From: Methylovulum miyakonense HT12
GTDB taxonomy: Bacteria; Pseudomonadota; Gammaproteobacteria; Methylococcales; Methylomonadaceae
Length of the DNA: 64,000 bases
NCBI RefSeq assembly: GCF_000384075.1
Contig: NZ_KB913025.1
Location: forward strand, 2,744,450-2,808,449
Direction of reading: 5' to 3'
Part shown: piece after piece, positions 39,705 through 50,585 of the stretch
How the letters are laid out: the number at the start of each line of letters is the position of its first letter
How positions within the stretch are numbered: the stretch's first letter is position 1
Notes under the pieces: generated by a model
Databases searched by the model: none
Told to the model about the DNA's origin: nothing
What the model saw: only the letters and a program-made list of their open reading frames with translations
Translations under genes and position numbers: made by a program

Positions 39705-40277
39705 TTATTTGCCAGCCGCCGTCGCCCCAGGCACTTCAATTAAACGGCCAGATTTCACATCGTAAATGTAGCCATAGACAGGAATGTCCGAAGGCACTAA
39801 AGGATGGGATTTGATACGCACAACATCTTCCAGCACGCTTTGCGCTTGGTCTTTAATAGTCAACCAATCAATATATTTGCCTTCGGCGGAGCCTGGGCCT
39901 TCACAGCAATCATGCCAACCATGTTCATCAATGGAGGCGGTTTTTAGGCTAGACGCCAGCAAATCGCGCATGATGTCATCGGTGAAGGTTTCCATGCCGC
40001 AATCGGTATGATGGATAACAAACCATTCGCGGGTGCCCAGCAGTTTGTAAGAAATGACCAGTGAGCGTATGGCGTCATCACTGGCCCGGCCGCCCGCATT
40101 GCGGATGACATGGGCATCGCCTTCTGACAAGCCCGCATATTTGGCAGGATCGAGGCGGGCATCCATACAGGTCAGGATAGCAAAATGCCGCCCTGGAGGC
40201 ATAGGCAGGTCACCTTTGTCAAAACTGGCGGCATATTCCCGGTTAGCCATCAATACTTCATTCAAAACTTTGTTCAT
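39705..40277 (-). CDS. Beta-class carbonic anhydrase.
   Basis: CMDARLD ... HTDCGM zinc-ligand motifs. Confidence 0.8.
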   Translation of the reverse strand: MNKVLNEVLMANREYAASFDKGDLPMPPGRHFAILTCMDARLDPAKYAGLSEGDAHVIRNAGGRASDDAIRSLVISYKLLGTREWFVIHHTDCGMETFTDDIMRDLLASSLKTASIDEHGWHDCCEGPGSAEGKYIDWLTIKDQAQSVLEDVVRIKSHPLVPSDIPVYGYIYDVKSGRLIEVPGATAAGK

Positions 40278-40452
40278 GGTTCTTCCTCATGGTCTGGTTA
40301 TTTATTATTATGGGTTATAAAGTGGCCGCTTATCTCTTTAGTGTTGTTTATAGTTCCAATTAAATAAGCAAGGATTAATGTACCATAAAAAACGCCCTTG
40401 AAAATGGCCCGGAATAAAAACGGCTTTTTAAACGGCTTGCTAACAAAACATC

Positions 40453-41940
40453 ATGCAGACACTTCCCATAACCCTTTACACGACCAAACAAATCCAGGAA
40501 CTTGAAGACCGGGCGATATACCAGTGCGGTATTTCGGGATTTGAATTAATGGGCAAAGCCGGGTACGAAGTTTTCAAACGCCTGCAAGACAAATGGCGGG
40601 ATTCCAAATATATCGCCGTTTTTTGTGGTTCCGGCAATAATGCCGGCGATGGTTATATCGTCGCCTGCTTGGCTTTGTCCGAAGGTTTTAATGTCCACGT
40701 TTATACGATGGTGAATCCTGAAGGCCTCAAGGGTGATGCTTTGAAGGCCTACCAGAAGTACATCGCCATGAACGGTACGGTCATGCCGTTTAATGTTGGC
40801 TTATCAGTGCGGGCGGATGTCATCGTCGATGCCTTGTTTGGCACAGGCTTGGACAGGCCGGTGTTGGGGGATTATTTAAGCGCCATTAGGATCATCAACA
40901 AGAGCCAAGCGAACGTAATTTCTGTAGACATACCCTCAGGGCTGAATGCCGATACCGGCAGGGTGATGGGCGAAGCGGTCAAAGCAAACTGCACCGTGAC
41001 TTTTATAGCCCTTAAGCAAGGTTTGTTTACAGGGGACGCCGCCGATTATTGCGGTGAAATATTTTATTCGGCGCTGACCGTGCCTGCTGATATTTTTCAG
41101 GAAGTGCCGTCAACCGTTTACCGTGTCATGCCCAGGCATTTTCCCCGCCGCAAGCGTGGCATGCATAAAGGTGACAATGGCCATGTCCTGATAATCGGGG
41201 GGGAGCTGGGTTTTTCTGGGGCGGTGATGTTGGCCGGTGAGGCGGCGTTACGGGTAGGTGCGGGGTTGGTCAGTGTGGCCACCCGCAGGGCGCATACGGG
41301 CCTGATGACCGTCAACCGGCCTGAGCTGATGTGCCATGGGGTGGACAATTCCGACCAGCTTACCGTATTGCTGGAAAAAGCCAATGTGATTGTCATTGGC
41401 CCGGGCTTAGGGCAAAGCGATTGGGCAAAGGATTTGTTGCTGGCGGTTATTGATTCCAGAAAATTGTCGATTATTGATGCGGACGCCTTGAATATTCTGT
41501 CAAAAATACCCGCCGCGCATAATAACTTGGTGCTGTCCCCTTATAGGAGCATCTTGACCCCGCATGTCGGGGAGGCCGCCCGTTTAATGAGCCTGTCCAC
41601 TACGAAAATACAGCAAGACCGGTTTGCAGTGGTCAAATTGATCCAGAAAAAATACGGCGGGATTGCCATCCTTAAAGGCTCCGGGACGTTAATCGCCTCG
41701 GAAGAGGATATCGCCGTTTCCGGCACTGGCAACCCGGGCATGGCGTCAGGCGGTATGGGGGATGCGCTTTCCGGGGTGATAGCGGGTTTGCTGGCGCAAG
41801 GCTTTCCGCTAAAAGATGCCGCCCAACAAGGCGTTTATATCCATGGGCAGGCGGCCGACCTTGCTGTGGAACAGGACGGCGAACGGGGCTTGTTGGCGAG
41901 TGACCTGATGCCTTATTTAAGGCGTTTGGTCAATCAATGA
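40453..41940 (+). CDS. nnr: Bifunctional NAD(P)H-hydrate repair enzyme Nnr (YjeF_N epimerase + carbohydrate-kinase-like dehydratase).
   Basis: GSGNNAGDGYIVA (YjeF_N) and C-terminal GDNGHVLIIGG...GSGTL...GMASGGMGDALSG. Confidence 0.85.
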   Translation: MQTLPITLYTTKQIQELEDRAIYQCGISGFELMGKAGYEVFKRLQDKWRDSKYIAVFCGSGNNAGDGYIVACLALSEGFNVHVYTMVNPEGLKGDALKAYQKYIAMNGTVMPFNVGLSVRADVIVDALFGTGLDRPVLGDYLSAIRIINKSQANVISVDIPSGLNADTGRVMGEAVKANCTVTFIALKQGLFTGDAADYCGEIFYSALTVPADIFQEVPSTVYRVMPRHFPRRKRGMHKGDNGHVLIIGGELGFSGAVMLAGEAALRVGAGLVSVATRRAHTGLMTVNRPELMCHGVDNSDQLTVLLEKANVIVIGPGLGQSDWAKDLLLAVIDSRKLSIIDADALNILSKIPAAHNNLVLSPYRSILTPHVGEAARLMSLSTTKIQQDRFAVVKLIQKKYGGIAILKGSGTLIASEEDIAVSGTGNPGMASGGMGDALSGVIAGLLAQGFPLKDAAQQGVYIHGQAADLAVEQDGERGLLASDLMPYLRRLVNQ

Positions 41941-42362
41941 TGCAGCGTTTTTTACCCGACACCGAAGCGACGGAACAATTCGGCGCTGAATTATGGCCGT
42001 TATTGCCCTGCCCATCCCTGGTTTTTTTGTATGGTGATCTGGGTGCGGGCAAGACCACGTTAGTGAGGGCCTATCTTCGTGCCAGTGGCTTTGCCGGTGC
42101 GGTCAAAAGCCCTACTTATACGTTGGTTGAGGAATACACTATCAATGGCCGGAAAGTATTCCATTTTGATTTATACCGTCTTGCCGAACCGGAAGAATTG
42201 GAATGGATAGGCATACGTGATTATCTTTCTCAGGATAGCGTTTGTTTTATTGAATGGCCGGACAAGGGGGAGGGTTTTTTACCGGCGCCTGATTTCACCA
42301 TTTCCTTAAGCGCCGAAGGTGGCGGGCGGCGGCTGGCCCTAGAGCCTGAGGTAAATAGATAA
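41937..42362 (+). CDS. tsaE: tRNA threonylcarbamoyladenosine biosynthesis protein TsaE.
   Basis: LYGDLGAGKTTLVRA P-loop. Overlaps the nnr stop by 4 nt. yjeF-yjeE synteny. Confidence 0.8.
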   Translation: MMQRFLPDTEATEQFGAELWPLLPCPSLVFLYGDLGAGKTTLVRAYLRASGFAGAVKSPTYTLVEEYTINGRKVFHFDLYRLAEPEELEWIGIRDYLSQDSVCFIEWPDKGEGFLPAPDFTISLSAEGGGRRLALEPEVNR

Positions 42363-42434
42363 AAATTTACCGGCTTATATATACATAAAGGGCTACTCAT
42401 ATATAATCTCAATTCGGATATTATTTTTTCGGCC

Positions 42435-43640
42435 TTGTCTATGAAAAATTACCATAAAAAATTGTGCATACTGGCCTTGCAGTGTTTTTCTGCCGTTGCT
42501 TTTGCAGAGCAAATTCAAATTAATTCATTGGCTTATGATAAGCAACAAGGGCGGCTGTCATTTGCTGTCACGGCTTCCCCAAAGCACCGGGTTTTTGTCA
42601 TGGAAAACCCATCGCGGTTGGTTATAGACATTAAGGATGCCAGTTTAACAGGGGCCTTGCGCCAACCGCCCTCCACGCATCCTTTATTTGCCAAGCTCAG
42701 GTTGGCCACCCAAAATGCCGCAGGTTTAAGGTTGGTGATGGATTTGAAAAAACCGGTCAGCCCTGAAAAATTCACATTAATGTCCAATAATAGTGACGAA
42801 CACCGTTTGGTTGTCGGCCTTACCAGCAAAACCACTCCGGTAGGGCCCATTAAAAACGCATCATTGCAAACGGCAAAAAAAGCCAACACAACCAAACCGC
42901 CTGAATTGAAAGCCGTCGCCAACAAAGGCCGCGACATTATCATTGCCATTGATGCGGGACATGGCGGTAACGACCCCGGTGCACACGGCCCGCGTGGCAC
43001 GGAAGAAAAAATCGTCACGTTTGCCATTGCGCAAAAGCTTGCCGCATTAGTCAATGCCCAGCCTGGCATGCGGGCGGTGATGATCCGTAAAGACGATTAT
43101 TACGTGGGCCTGCGTGACCGGATGCAAATTGCCCGGGCTGCAAAAGCGGATTTGTTCATTTCCATACACGCTGATGCCTTTAATGACACGTCAGTACGGG
43201 GGGCTTCGGTTTTTACCTTATCGACTAAGGGTGCATCTAGCGAGGCGATCCGTTGGCTGGAAAAATCGGAAAATGCAGCGGAATTGGTGGGCGGTGTCAA
43301 TTTGAGCGACAAAGAAGATATGCTGGCTTCGGTGCTGTTGGATCTGTCACAATCCGCCACATTGTCAGCAAGCCAACAAGTGGCGGACAGTGTCCTAAAA
43401 CATTTTGACGGCATTAGCCAATTGCACCGTGATTCTGTACAAAAAGCGGGGTTTATTGTGTTGAAGTCCCCGGATATCCCTTCCATTTTGGTGGAAACCG
43501 CTTTCATCTCCAATCCCTTGGAAGAACAAAACTTGCTCAGCACACGTTACCAGACACAAATGGCCAAGGCCATATTCAAAGGCGTCTATCACTACTTTAA
43601 AGAATCCGCACCTGTGGATAGCCGCATGGCGGCACTCTAA
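42435..43640 (+). CDS. N-acetylmuramoyl-L-alanine amidase (AmiB/AmiC-type: AMIN domain + Amidase_3).
   Basis: Signal peptide, AMIN-like N-domain, catalytic IIAIDAGHGGNDPGAHG. Position between tsaE and mutL as for E. coli amiB. Confidence 0.8.
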   Translation: MSMKNYHKKLCILALQCFSAVAFAEQIQINSLAYDKQQGRLSFAVTASPKHRVFVMENPSRLVIDIKDASLTGALRQPPSTHPLFAKLRLATQNAAGLRLVMDLKKPVSPEKFTLMSNNSDEHRLVVGLTSKTTPVGPIKNASLQTAKKANTTKPPELKAVANKGRDIIIAIDAGHGGNDPGAHGPRGTEEKIVTFAIAQKLAALVNAQPGMRAVMIRKDDYYVGLRDRMQIARAAKADLFISIHADAFNDTSVRGASVFTLSTKGASSEAIRWLEKSENAAELVGGVNLSDKEDMLASVLLDLSQSATLSASQQVADSVLKHFDGISQLHRDSVQKAGFIVLKSPDIPSILVETAFISNPLEEQNLLSTRYQTQMAKAIFKGVYHYFKESAPVDSRMAAL

Positions 43641-43962
43641 GCATGGGTAGTGGTTATCAGGCAACTGCTAGGCTTGGGGCCGTCATTTTGCATGGATTGC
43701 CCGTGGTTAGGCCGCGGAGCATCCAGCAGGCAGGGCGTAAGCTTTTCCAGGGACAGTTTCTATCAATCACTACCTAATCATCATTGGTTTGCCTGTTATA
43801 GCCCGGCAAACTTTTTCCTCAAAAAATTTACAACCTGCATCTCGGCATTTATATCCGTTTTTAAATCCTGTGAGTCGTTGTGAATGCCCTTCAAAAATCG
43901 GCCAATAATGCACAGGGTGCATAGCTTTCCGGCAAAATGGCTGTAACCCTAGTTTAATTTTA

Positions 43963-45759
43963 ATGCGTATACATTCCCTCCCCACCCAACTGGTTAACCA
44001 AATTGCCGCAGGCGAGGTGGTTGAAAGGCCGTCATCCGTGGTCAAAGAACTGGTTGAAAACAGCTTTGATGCCGGGGCGACCCACGTCCATATCGACATA
44101 GAGCAAGGCGGTATGCGCCTGATTAAAATCCGCGATGACGGTTGCGGGATTGTCAAAGAGGATTTGCCATTGGCGTTGTCGCGCCACGCCACCAGCAAAA
44201 TCGCCACCTTAGAAGATTTGGAACAAGTCGCCAGCATGGGCTTTCGCGGCGAGGCGCTTCCTAGCATCAGTTCCGTATCCCGATTGACGCTGGTTTCCAG
44301 GATCCCCGGCTCGGATTGTGCCTGGCGTGTCAATGCCGATGGTTCAGAAGCAAACTATACCCCACAACCTGACCCACACCCGCCAGGCACGACAATCGAA
44401 GTGCGTGATTTGTTTTACAACACCCCCGCCAGGCGCAAGTTTTTAAAAACCGAAAAAACCGAATTCACGCACATCGAAACCCTATTGCAGCGTATGGCCT
44501 TAAGCCGCTTCGACATCGGCTTCACCTTGCAACACAACCAAAAAGAAATTTTCAAACTAAGGCCCGCGCAAAACGAGGCGCAACAATTGCAACGCATTGC
44601 CGCTATCTGCGGCAGCGCCTTTGTCGATAACGCCGTAAAAATTGATATGGCCGCCTCCGGTTTGCAATTGACGGGCTGGGTGGGTTTGCCGACGTTTTCG
44701 CGCAGCCAGCAGGACATGCAATTTTTCTATGTCAACAACCGTTTGGTTAAGGACAAACTGGTCGCCCATGCTGTCAGGCAAGCCTACCAGGATGTGCTGT
44801 TCCACGGCCGGCATCCGGTGTTTGTCCTGTATTTGGCGCTAGACCCGACCTTGGTCGATGTCAATGCCCATCCGGCAAAACTGGAAGTCCGTTTTAGGGA
44901 AGGGCGGTTGGTGCATGATTTCCTGTTCAGTGCCTTGCACCGCAGTTTGGCAAATTTACGCCCGGGATTCCAAGAAATTGCCGCCACCCGGCTGGATTTG
45001 CCAACAGCTGCAACCGCAACGGCGGAACCTACCCCCGCACCCAATGCGTACCCATTTAGGCCACCCCAGCAAGGCACCGTGCCGTTGCAAGTCGAAGAAC
45101 AAATCCGCCAATATGCCAAACTTGCGCCTGAGACTTTGGTGGCTGTCCACGCGGATACTGGAGCATCAACGGATTACCCTCCGCTAGGCTATGCCATCGC
45201 CCATTTGCACAATATTTTTATCCTTGCCGAAACCCGCACGGGCATTATTTTGGTTGACGCCCATGCCGCGCACGAACGGGTCACTTACGAACGCCTGAAG
45301 CAACAATACCAGCAAGGCACGGTTGTCAGCCAACCGTTGCTGTTGCCGATCAAAATCACCGTCAGCCCTGCCGAAGCGGAATTGGCGGAGCATTCACAGG
45401 CGGTATTCACCGCCTTGGGTTTTGAACTGGACAGGTTCGGCCCGGAAACCTTGGTGTTGCGTTCAGTCCCCGCCTTATTGCGCAACACCGATGTGGAAAC
45501 CTTGCTGCGTGATGTGTTGGCGGATGTCTCCGAACACGGCATGAGCCAGCGGGTGCAGGAACATATCCAGGAATTGTTGGCGACCATGGCCTGCCATGGC
45601 TCCATCCGCGCCCAACGCCGCTTGACTATTGATGAAATGAACGCCTTATTGCGGGATATGGAAAAAACCGAACGCAGCGGGCAATGTAACCATGGCCGCC
45701 CGACATGGATTGCGTTATCCACAGGTGATCTGGACAGGTTCTTTTTGCGTGGGCAGTAG
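43963..45759 (+). CDS. mutL: DNA mismatch repair protein MutL.
   Basis: MRIHSLPTQLVNQIAAGEVVERPSSVVKELVENSFDAGAT. Confidence 0.9.
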   Translation: MRIHSLPTQLVNQIAAGEVVERPSSVVKELVENSFDAGATHVHIDIEQGGMRLIKIRDDGCGIVKEDLPLALSRHATSKIATLEDLEQVASMGFRGEALPSISSVSRLTLVSRIPGSDCAWRVNADGSEANYTPQPDPHPPGTTIEVRDLFYNTPARRKFLKTEKTEFTHIETLLQRMALSRFDIGFTLQHNQKEIFKLRPAQNEAQQLQRIAAICGSAFVDNAVKIDMAASGLQLTGWVGLPTFSRSQQDMQFFYVNNRLVKDKLVAHAVRQAYQDVLFHGRHPVFVLYLALDPTLVDVNAHPAKLEVRFREGRLVHDFLFSALHRSLANLRPGFQEIAATRLDLPTAATATAEPTPAPNAYPFRPPQQGTVPLQVEEQIRQYAKLAPETLVAVHADTGASTDYPPLGYAIAHLHNIFILAETRTGIILVDAHAAHERVTYERLKQQYQQGTVVSQPLLLPIKITVSPAEAELAEHSQAVFTALGFELDRFGPETLVLRSVPALLRNTDVETLLRDVLADVSEHGMSQRVQEHIQELLATMACHGSIRAQRRLTIDEMNALLRDMEKTERSGQCNHGRPTWIALSTGDLDRFFLRGQ

Positions 45760-45979
45760 TGGTTCTGGATGTAGGTTTTCCAGGGCGTGGATTGGCGGCT
45801 TGTTAGCTAGAAAGCTGCCGCCATAAGCAATTTCAATGCGGTTAGGTGTCCGGCATATCTAATACCTGCCGCCTTGCCTTGTGCCGCCTAATTGAACCTC
45901 TTACGACGCTTTTAAAACACGATCTAAGTCGGTTTCAGGTTTTTTCATATTTTTGGGCTAACATTAGGTACAGCATTTT

Positions 45980-46918
45980 ATGAATCCAAATCCCCCCGCC
46001 ATTTTCTTGATGGGGCCAACCGCGTCGGGCAAAACCGCCTTAGCCGTGCAATTGGCCCGACAACTTAATGGTGAGATCATCAGCGTCGATTCCGCATTAG
46101 TTTTCAAAGGCATGGACATAGGCACCGCGAAGCCGGCCGTAGCTGAACGCGGCGGCATCCCGCATCACCTTATCGACATCCTAGACCCGTCCGAAGCGTT
46201 CTCGACGGGGCAATTCCGCACCCTAGCTTTGGCGATCATGGCGGATATTACCCGGCGCGGAAAATTGCCGATATTGGTCGGTGGCACGATGTTGTATTTT
46301 AATGCCTTAAGCAAGGGCTTGGCGCAATTGCCGGAAGCCGACCTTGCTATCAGGGCGCGGCTAGACCAGGAATTGGCGGAATTTGGCAATGAAATGCTGC
46401 ATCAACGCTTGGCGGCGGTAGACCCGAAAGCCGCCGCCAGAATCCACCCTAATGACCCGCAACGGGTGCAACGGGCGTTGGAAGTGTATGAGCTGAGCGG
46501 CCAACCGTTATCGGATTTGTTTGCTGATACCCCGCAAATTTTGCCATACCATGTCAGTAAATTGATAGTCGCCCCCTCAGACCGCGCTATTTTGCACACA
46601 AAAATTGCCCAACGTTTCCGGCAAATGTTGGCCCAGGGTTTTCTGGAAGAAGTCCAGGCACTATACTTGCGGGGTGACTTGGATGGGACGCTACCGGCCA
46701 TCCGTGCCGTGGGTTACCGGCAAGCATGGGAGTATCTGCAAGGCCAAACAGATTTGGCAACCATGACTGAAAAAGCCATAGCCGCAACACGGCAATTGGC
46801 GAAACGGCAATTTACCTGGCTACGGAAAGAGACCGAAGCCTTGCAGTTTGAATCGGGTGACCCGGAATTATTGGCCAAAGCATTGGCGGGTATTGCACAC
46901 CGTCTTAATCAGGATTAA
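45980..46918 (+). CDS. miaA: tRNA dimethylallyltransferase.
   Basis: [16 protein letters not shown]...[19 protein letters not shown]. Confidence 0.9.
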   Translation: MNPNPPAIFLMGPTASGKTALAVQLARQLNGEIISVDSALVFKGMDIGTAKPAVAERGGIPHHLIDILDPSEAFSTGQFRTLALAIMADITRRGKLPILVGGTMLYFNALSKGLAQLPEADLAIRARLDQELAEFGNEMLHQRLAAVDPKAAARIHPNDPQRVQRALEVYELSGQPLSDLFADTPQILPYHVSKLIVAPSDRAILHTKIAQRFRQMLAQGFLEEVQALYLRGDLDGTLPAIRAVGYRQAWEYLQGQTDLATMTEKAIAATRQLAKRQFTWLRKETEALQFESGDPELLAKALAGIAHRLNQD

Positions 46919-47117
46919 TTGCGCTTGTGCATTACGGGCATCGAAAATGGTTGCGCCGGCCAAGCGGGCGGAACACTTTAGCGGTGTAGGGGCTAAATAT
47001 TTGCTACACTGGCTTTGCTGGCGAGGCGTGGTCAACTGGATTATCCGTGGAAATGCCGCCCAATGCCTGCGCAGGGACATTTTCAAGATTTAACGGTGAT
47101 ATAAGCCTAAAGATACT

Positions 47118-48362
47118 ATGAAAACCATCCGTTCATTAACCACAATGCTCCTTTTTTGGGTTGCCATTACCGCGTTTGCTAAAGATTCCTATCCGGATTT
47201 TACCGTCACGGGATTTGGCACACTGGGCGCCAGCGGCACGGACACTAGCCAGCTCAGTTTTCGGGGCACCACTAAAGAAACGCCGGGCGTGACGGATAGC
47301 TGGGGCTTTGACAGCGATTCCCGCTTGGGGCTGCAGCTAGATGCGGCCATCAACAGCTCATGGCACGCGACGGTGCAATGGGTTGCGCGAAATACGACGG
47401 GTGATTTTTTAGAGCAAAACCTGGAGTGGGCTTTTCTACGTTGGCGGCCTGCGGATAACCTGGACATCCGGGCAGGGCGCTTGGGTTTCGATACTTTTAT
47501 GCTGTCGGAATACCGTAACGTCGGATATGCCTATTTATGGATGCGCCCCCCCCATGAATTTTACGGGGGGTTGCCCATCTACCATTTTGATGGCGCGGAC
47601 ATTGCCAAGAAATTCACGGTTGGCGAAGGCATAATGACCATCAAGGCATTCGGTGGCCACAGTTTCATACAAATCCCCATCCCTAACTCTTCTGTCATAG
47701 CCGACCGAAGCTTGTCCATTGCCGGCGGCAAATTGGCGTATGAAGTCGGGAACTGGAATGTCCGCATGAGTTACAGCTATTTGCTGAATAACCTTGAACT
47801 GGCGCCATTGCAACCAGTATTGGACGGACTTAATAACGCGGCGGTCAACACCGTCTGGCCCAGTGCGCAATCCCTTAGCCAACAAATCTCCACCAAGAAT
47901 AAGGCCTTCCATTACAGTTCCATCGGCTTGGCTTATGATGACGGTGTCTGGCTGACGCAACTGGAAGCCTCTTATATCGATACAGACCTGATCACCTATC
48001 CCAGCGTGGCGAATGGCTATTTCAGCCTGGGCAGGCGCTTTGGAAAACTGACCTTGTACTCGCTGTTCGGCATCTCGGAAACGCTGAATAACCGGGTTAA
48101 ATTTTCCAATCCTTTGGCGCCTGTCCCGGCGGTGGCTGCGCTACAAAATTCCATTGGCCGCCTATCCAATCTTATAGGCGTGGATGAGAAGTCAATTTCA
48201 TTAGGCCTACGCTGGGATATCCACGAGCATATCGCCCTTAAGACACAATGGAGCCATTACTGGCTGGGCGACAATGGCACGGCATTATGGCTGGCGCCTG
48301 CGTCCGGCCCGACGCCCGACATGGTCAACGTCTGGTCAGTCGGTATGGACTTCGTGTTTTGA
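47118..48362 (+). CDS. Outer-membrane beta-barrel protein (putative porin-like).
   Basis: Signal peptide. Alternating amphipathic strands rich in aromatic residues. C-terminal ...VGMDFVF (terminal Phe). Confidence 0.45.
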   Translation: MKTIRSLTTMLLFWVAITAFAKDSYPDFTVTGFGTLGASGTDTSQLSFRGTTKETPGVTDSWGFDSDSRLGLQLDAAINSSWHATVQWVARNTTGDFLEQNLEWAFLRWRPADNLDIRAGRLGFDTFMLSEYRNVGYAYLWMRPPHEFYGGLPIYHFDGADIAKKFTVGEGIMTIKAFGGHSFIQIPIPNSSVIADRSLSIAGGKLAYEVGNWNVRMSYSYLLNNLELAPLQPVLDGLNNAAVNTVWPSAQSLSQQISTKNKAFHYSSIGLAYDDGVWLTQLEASYIDTDLITYPSVANGYFSLGRRFGKLTLYSLFGISETLNNRVKFSNPLAPVPAVAALQNSIGRLSNLIGVDEKSISLGLRWDIHEHIALKTQWSHYWLGDNGTALWLAPASGPTPDMVNVWSVGMDFVF

Positions 48363-48795
48363 CATGAAAAAGTTTCTCATCCCCTTCTTTTCGCTCCTTT
48401 CGGCCATGGCTATGCCAGTGGCCCAAGCCGATGTGGCGGTCATCGCCCATATTAAAAGCAACTTTAGTAGCCTTACAGCCAAGCAAGTACAAGATATTTT
48501 TATGGGCCGCACGCGCATCTTCCCCAATGGCAAATTCGCCCTGCCCATAGACCAATCTTCCCCCCTGCGTGCCGAATTTTACGAAGAACTAACCGGGCGC
48601 CCCGTCGAACAGATCAATGCCTACTGGGCGAGAATCATGTTCACCGGTCAAGCCTCGCCGCCGCAACGGCTGCCTGATGATGAGGCGGTATTGCAAACAG
48701 TCCGGGAAAATGAAGGCGCCATCGGGTATATCGACAAAACACGCGTGGATGGCACTATCCGCGTCTTGCTATTGGTGCAGCCGTGGAAACCGTGA
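48363..48795 (+). CDS. Small periplasmic substrate-binding-protein-like protein (~144 aa).
   Basis: Start at MKKFLIPFF with signal peptide (track ORF over-extended from 48274). Resembles a truncated phosphate/phosphonate-binding PBP fold (AVIAHIKSNFSSLTAKQVQDIFMGR). Overlaps the next gene. Confidence 0.4.
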
Positions 48796-50408
48796 AAAAA
48801 CACTACCTTCACCATAAACTGGCGAAGACAGTTTTTTGGGTTGCATTGCTGTTTTCGGCAATCACGTCGGTGCTTTTTTTCATTACCGAACTCAACCGGT
48901 CCAATGAAAAGACCCTGGTCATGCTCAACCAACTGCTTGACACGGTGGAGAGCACCGCCGCCATCGCCGCCTATTCCAATAACAGCACTATCGGCGAGGA
49001 TGTGCTCAAGGGCCTGTTGCGTAATGACATTGTCCATGAGGCCCGTTTGAGCAGTACCCAAGGCCTGCAACTGGCCAAGGCAAAAGACACCGAGGTGCCT
49101 TGGCAAGCCGGGGTTGTCCGCACGTTGCACTCGCCTTTTGGCGAGGCGGAAGTGATTGGTAGCCTGGCCATTACCCCTGAAGCGCAATACAACCTTTTGG
49201 AAGCCCGGCACAGCGCCTTGCTCAGTGGGCTGAATTCATCTGTGCTGATCGGCCTAACCGCCTTGATCGTGTTGTTGATCGTACGGTCATCCCTCTCGCT
49301 TCCATTAATGAAGGTGTCCAATACCTTGCACGCCATCAGGGTGGGGGAGCAGGAGCGTTTGGGGCCATTGCCGCGTAACCACGATGACGAACTGGGACAA
49401 CTGGTGGAAGACATCAATAGGCTGTTGGAAACATTGCAGGAAAAATTTTCCGCAGAGCATGGGTTACGTGAGGAAATCGAGGTTATTGAGCGCCAGTTGC
49501 GCAACATTTTTGAAACGACGAGCGCCGGCATTTTCTTGCTGGATGCCACGGGAAGGTTGTTGACTGTAAACCCGGCCTTGGGGAAGGTCATCGCATTGCC
49601 CCATTTATCGCCTAAAGAGTTGCTTGGGCAGAATTTCCCTGAACTGGTTTTCGCCGAGCCGGAACTCATGCGGGAACTCATGGCTATAGCCGCCAGTAGG
49701 AACTTGTCAGTCGTTCAGGATTTGCGTTTAAAAAAGCGTGGGGACGTCTCAAATAACTGGGTCCACTGCATACTTTCACGGCAAACGGATGCTTTGCATG
49801 GTGTCTGTTTCGAAGGTGTCGTTTACGACATCACCGACCGCATTGTGGCCGAGGCCAGCATCCGGCACGAGGCTGACCATGATTCACTGACGGCTTTGTT
49901 CAACAGGCCCGCCGCCGAGCGGCTGCTGGCACAACTAATCGGCACCCGCACAGGTGCAGAAACCCCGCTGGCTTTATTTATGTTAGATTTGGATTTCTTC
50001 AAGGAGATCAACGATACCTATGGCCATGATGCGGGCGATTATGTTTTGGTTGAAGTTGCCGCGCGGCTTAAGAATTGTGTGCGTGCCAGCGATATTGCCG
50101 CGAGGCTGGGTGGTGATGAGTTCCTGATTATCCTTGTGGATGGTGTGTCCGCCGACTATGCCCGGCAGATTGCCAAGGATATTTGCATTGCGGTCAGTAT
50201 GCCCATCAGGATCAGCCCTACCGTGGTGGTGCGGCTTGGGGCCAGCATCGGCATAGCTATCAATGGAGGCCAGGAACAGGCCATAGAACAATTGTACAAG
50301 GTTGCCGATCAAGCCATGTACGAGGTCAAGCGTCAGGGCAGGCATGGTTTTGCCATGTCCCTGGCAGATGGCAACATTGTGGTCGAAAAAATCCCCATCA
50401 ATGGATAA
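48783..50408 (+). CDS. Membrane diguanylate cyclase: periplasmic sensor region, HAMP, PAS, GGDEF (GGDEF active site).
   Basis: Two TM segments bracketing a ~250-aa periplasmic region. LFMLDLDFFKEINDTYGHDAGD...RLGGDEFLIIL. Confidence 0.8.
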   Translation: METVKKHYLHHKLAKTVFWVALLFSAITSVLFFITELNRSNEKTLVMLNQLLDTVESTAAIAAYSNNSTIGEDVLKGLLRNDIVHEARLSSTQGLQLAKAKDTEVPWQAGVVRTLHSPFGEAEVIGSLAITPEAQYNLLEARHSALLSGLNSSVLIGLTALIVLLIVRSSLSLPLMKVSNTLHAIRVGEQERLGPLPRNHDDELGQLVEDINRLLETLQEKFSAEHGLREEIEVIERQLRNIFETTSAGIFLLDATGRLLTVNPALGKVIALPHLSPKELLGQNFPELVFAEPELMRELMAIAASRNLSVVQDLRLKKRGDVSNNWVHCILSRQTDALHGVCFEGVVYDITDRIVAEASIRHEADHDSLTALFNRPAAERLLAQLIGTRTGAETPLALFMLDLDFFKEINDTYGHDAGDYVLVEVAARLKNCVRASDIAARLGGDEFLIILVDGVSADYARQIAKDICIAVSMPIRISPTVVVRLGASIGIAINGGQEQAIEQLYKVADQAMYEVKRQGRHGFAMSLADGNIVVEKIPING

Positions 50409-50585
50409 GGGGGCGGCCTGCTATTGCCCACCCATTATTGGCAAAAGCGTACGGCTTTTAGGTGAGGTAATGCGATGCCCCTTGTATTCTTAACGTCAGC
50501 TAAATGGCTGTAGGATCATTAAACATATAATAAAAACAATGCCATAGGATAAGTTAAAGTGATCGTGGTTTCAGTCAAATTTGTG

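Noticed and set aside
46919-47117. Looked for hfq after miaA
   Set aside because: Only an 81-aa Cys/Arg-rich ORF with no Sm motif. Judged non-coding.
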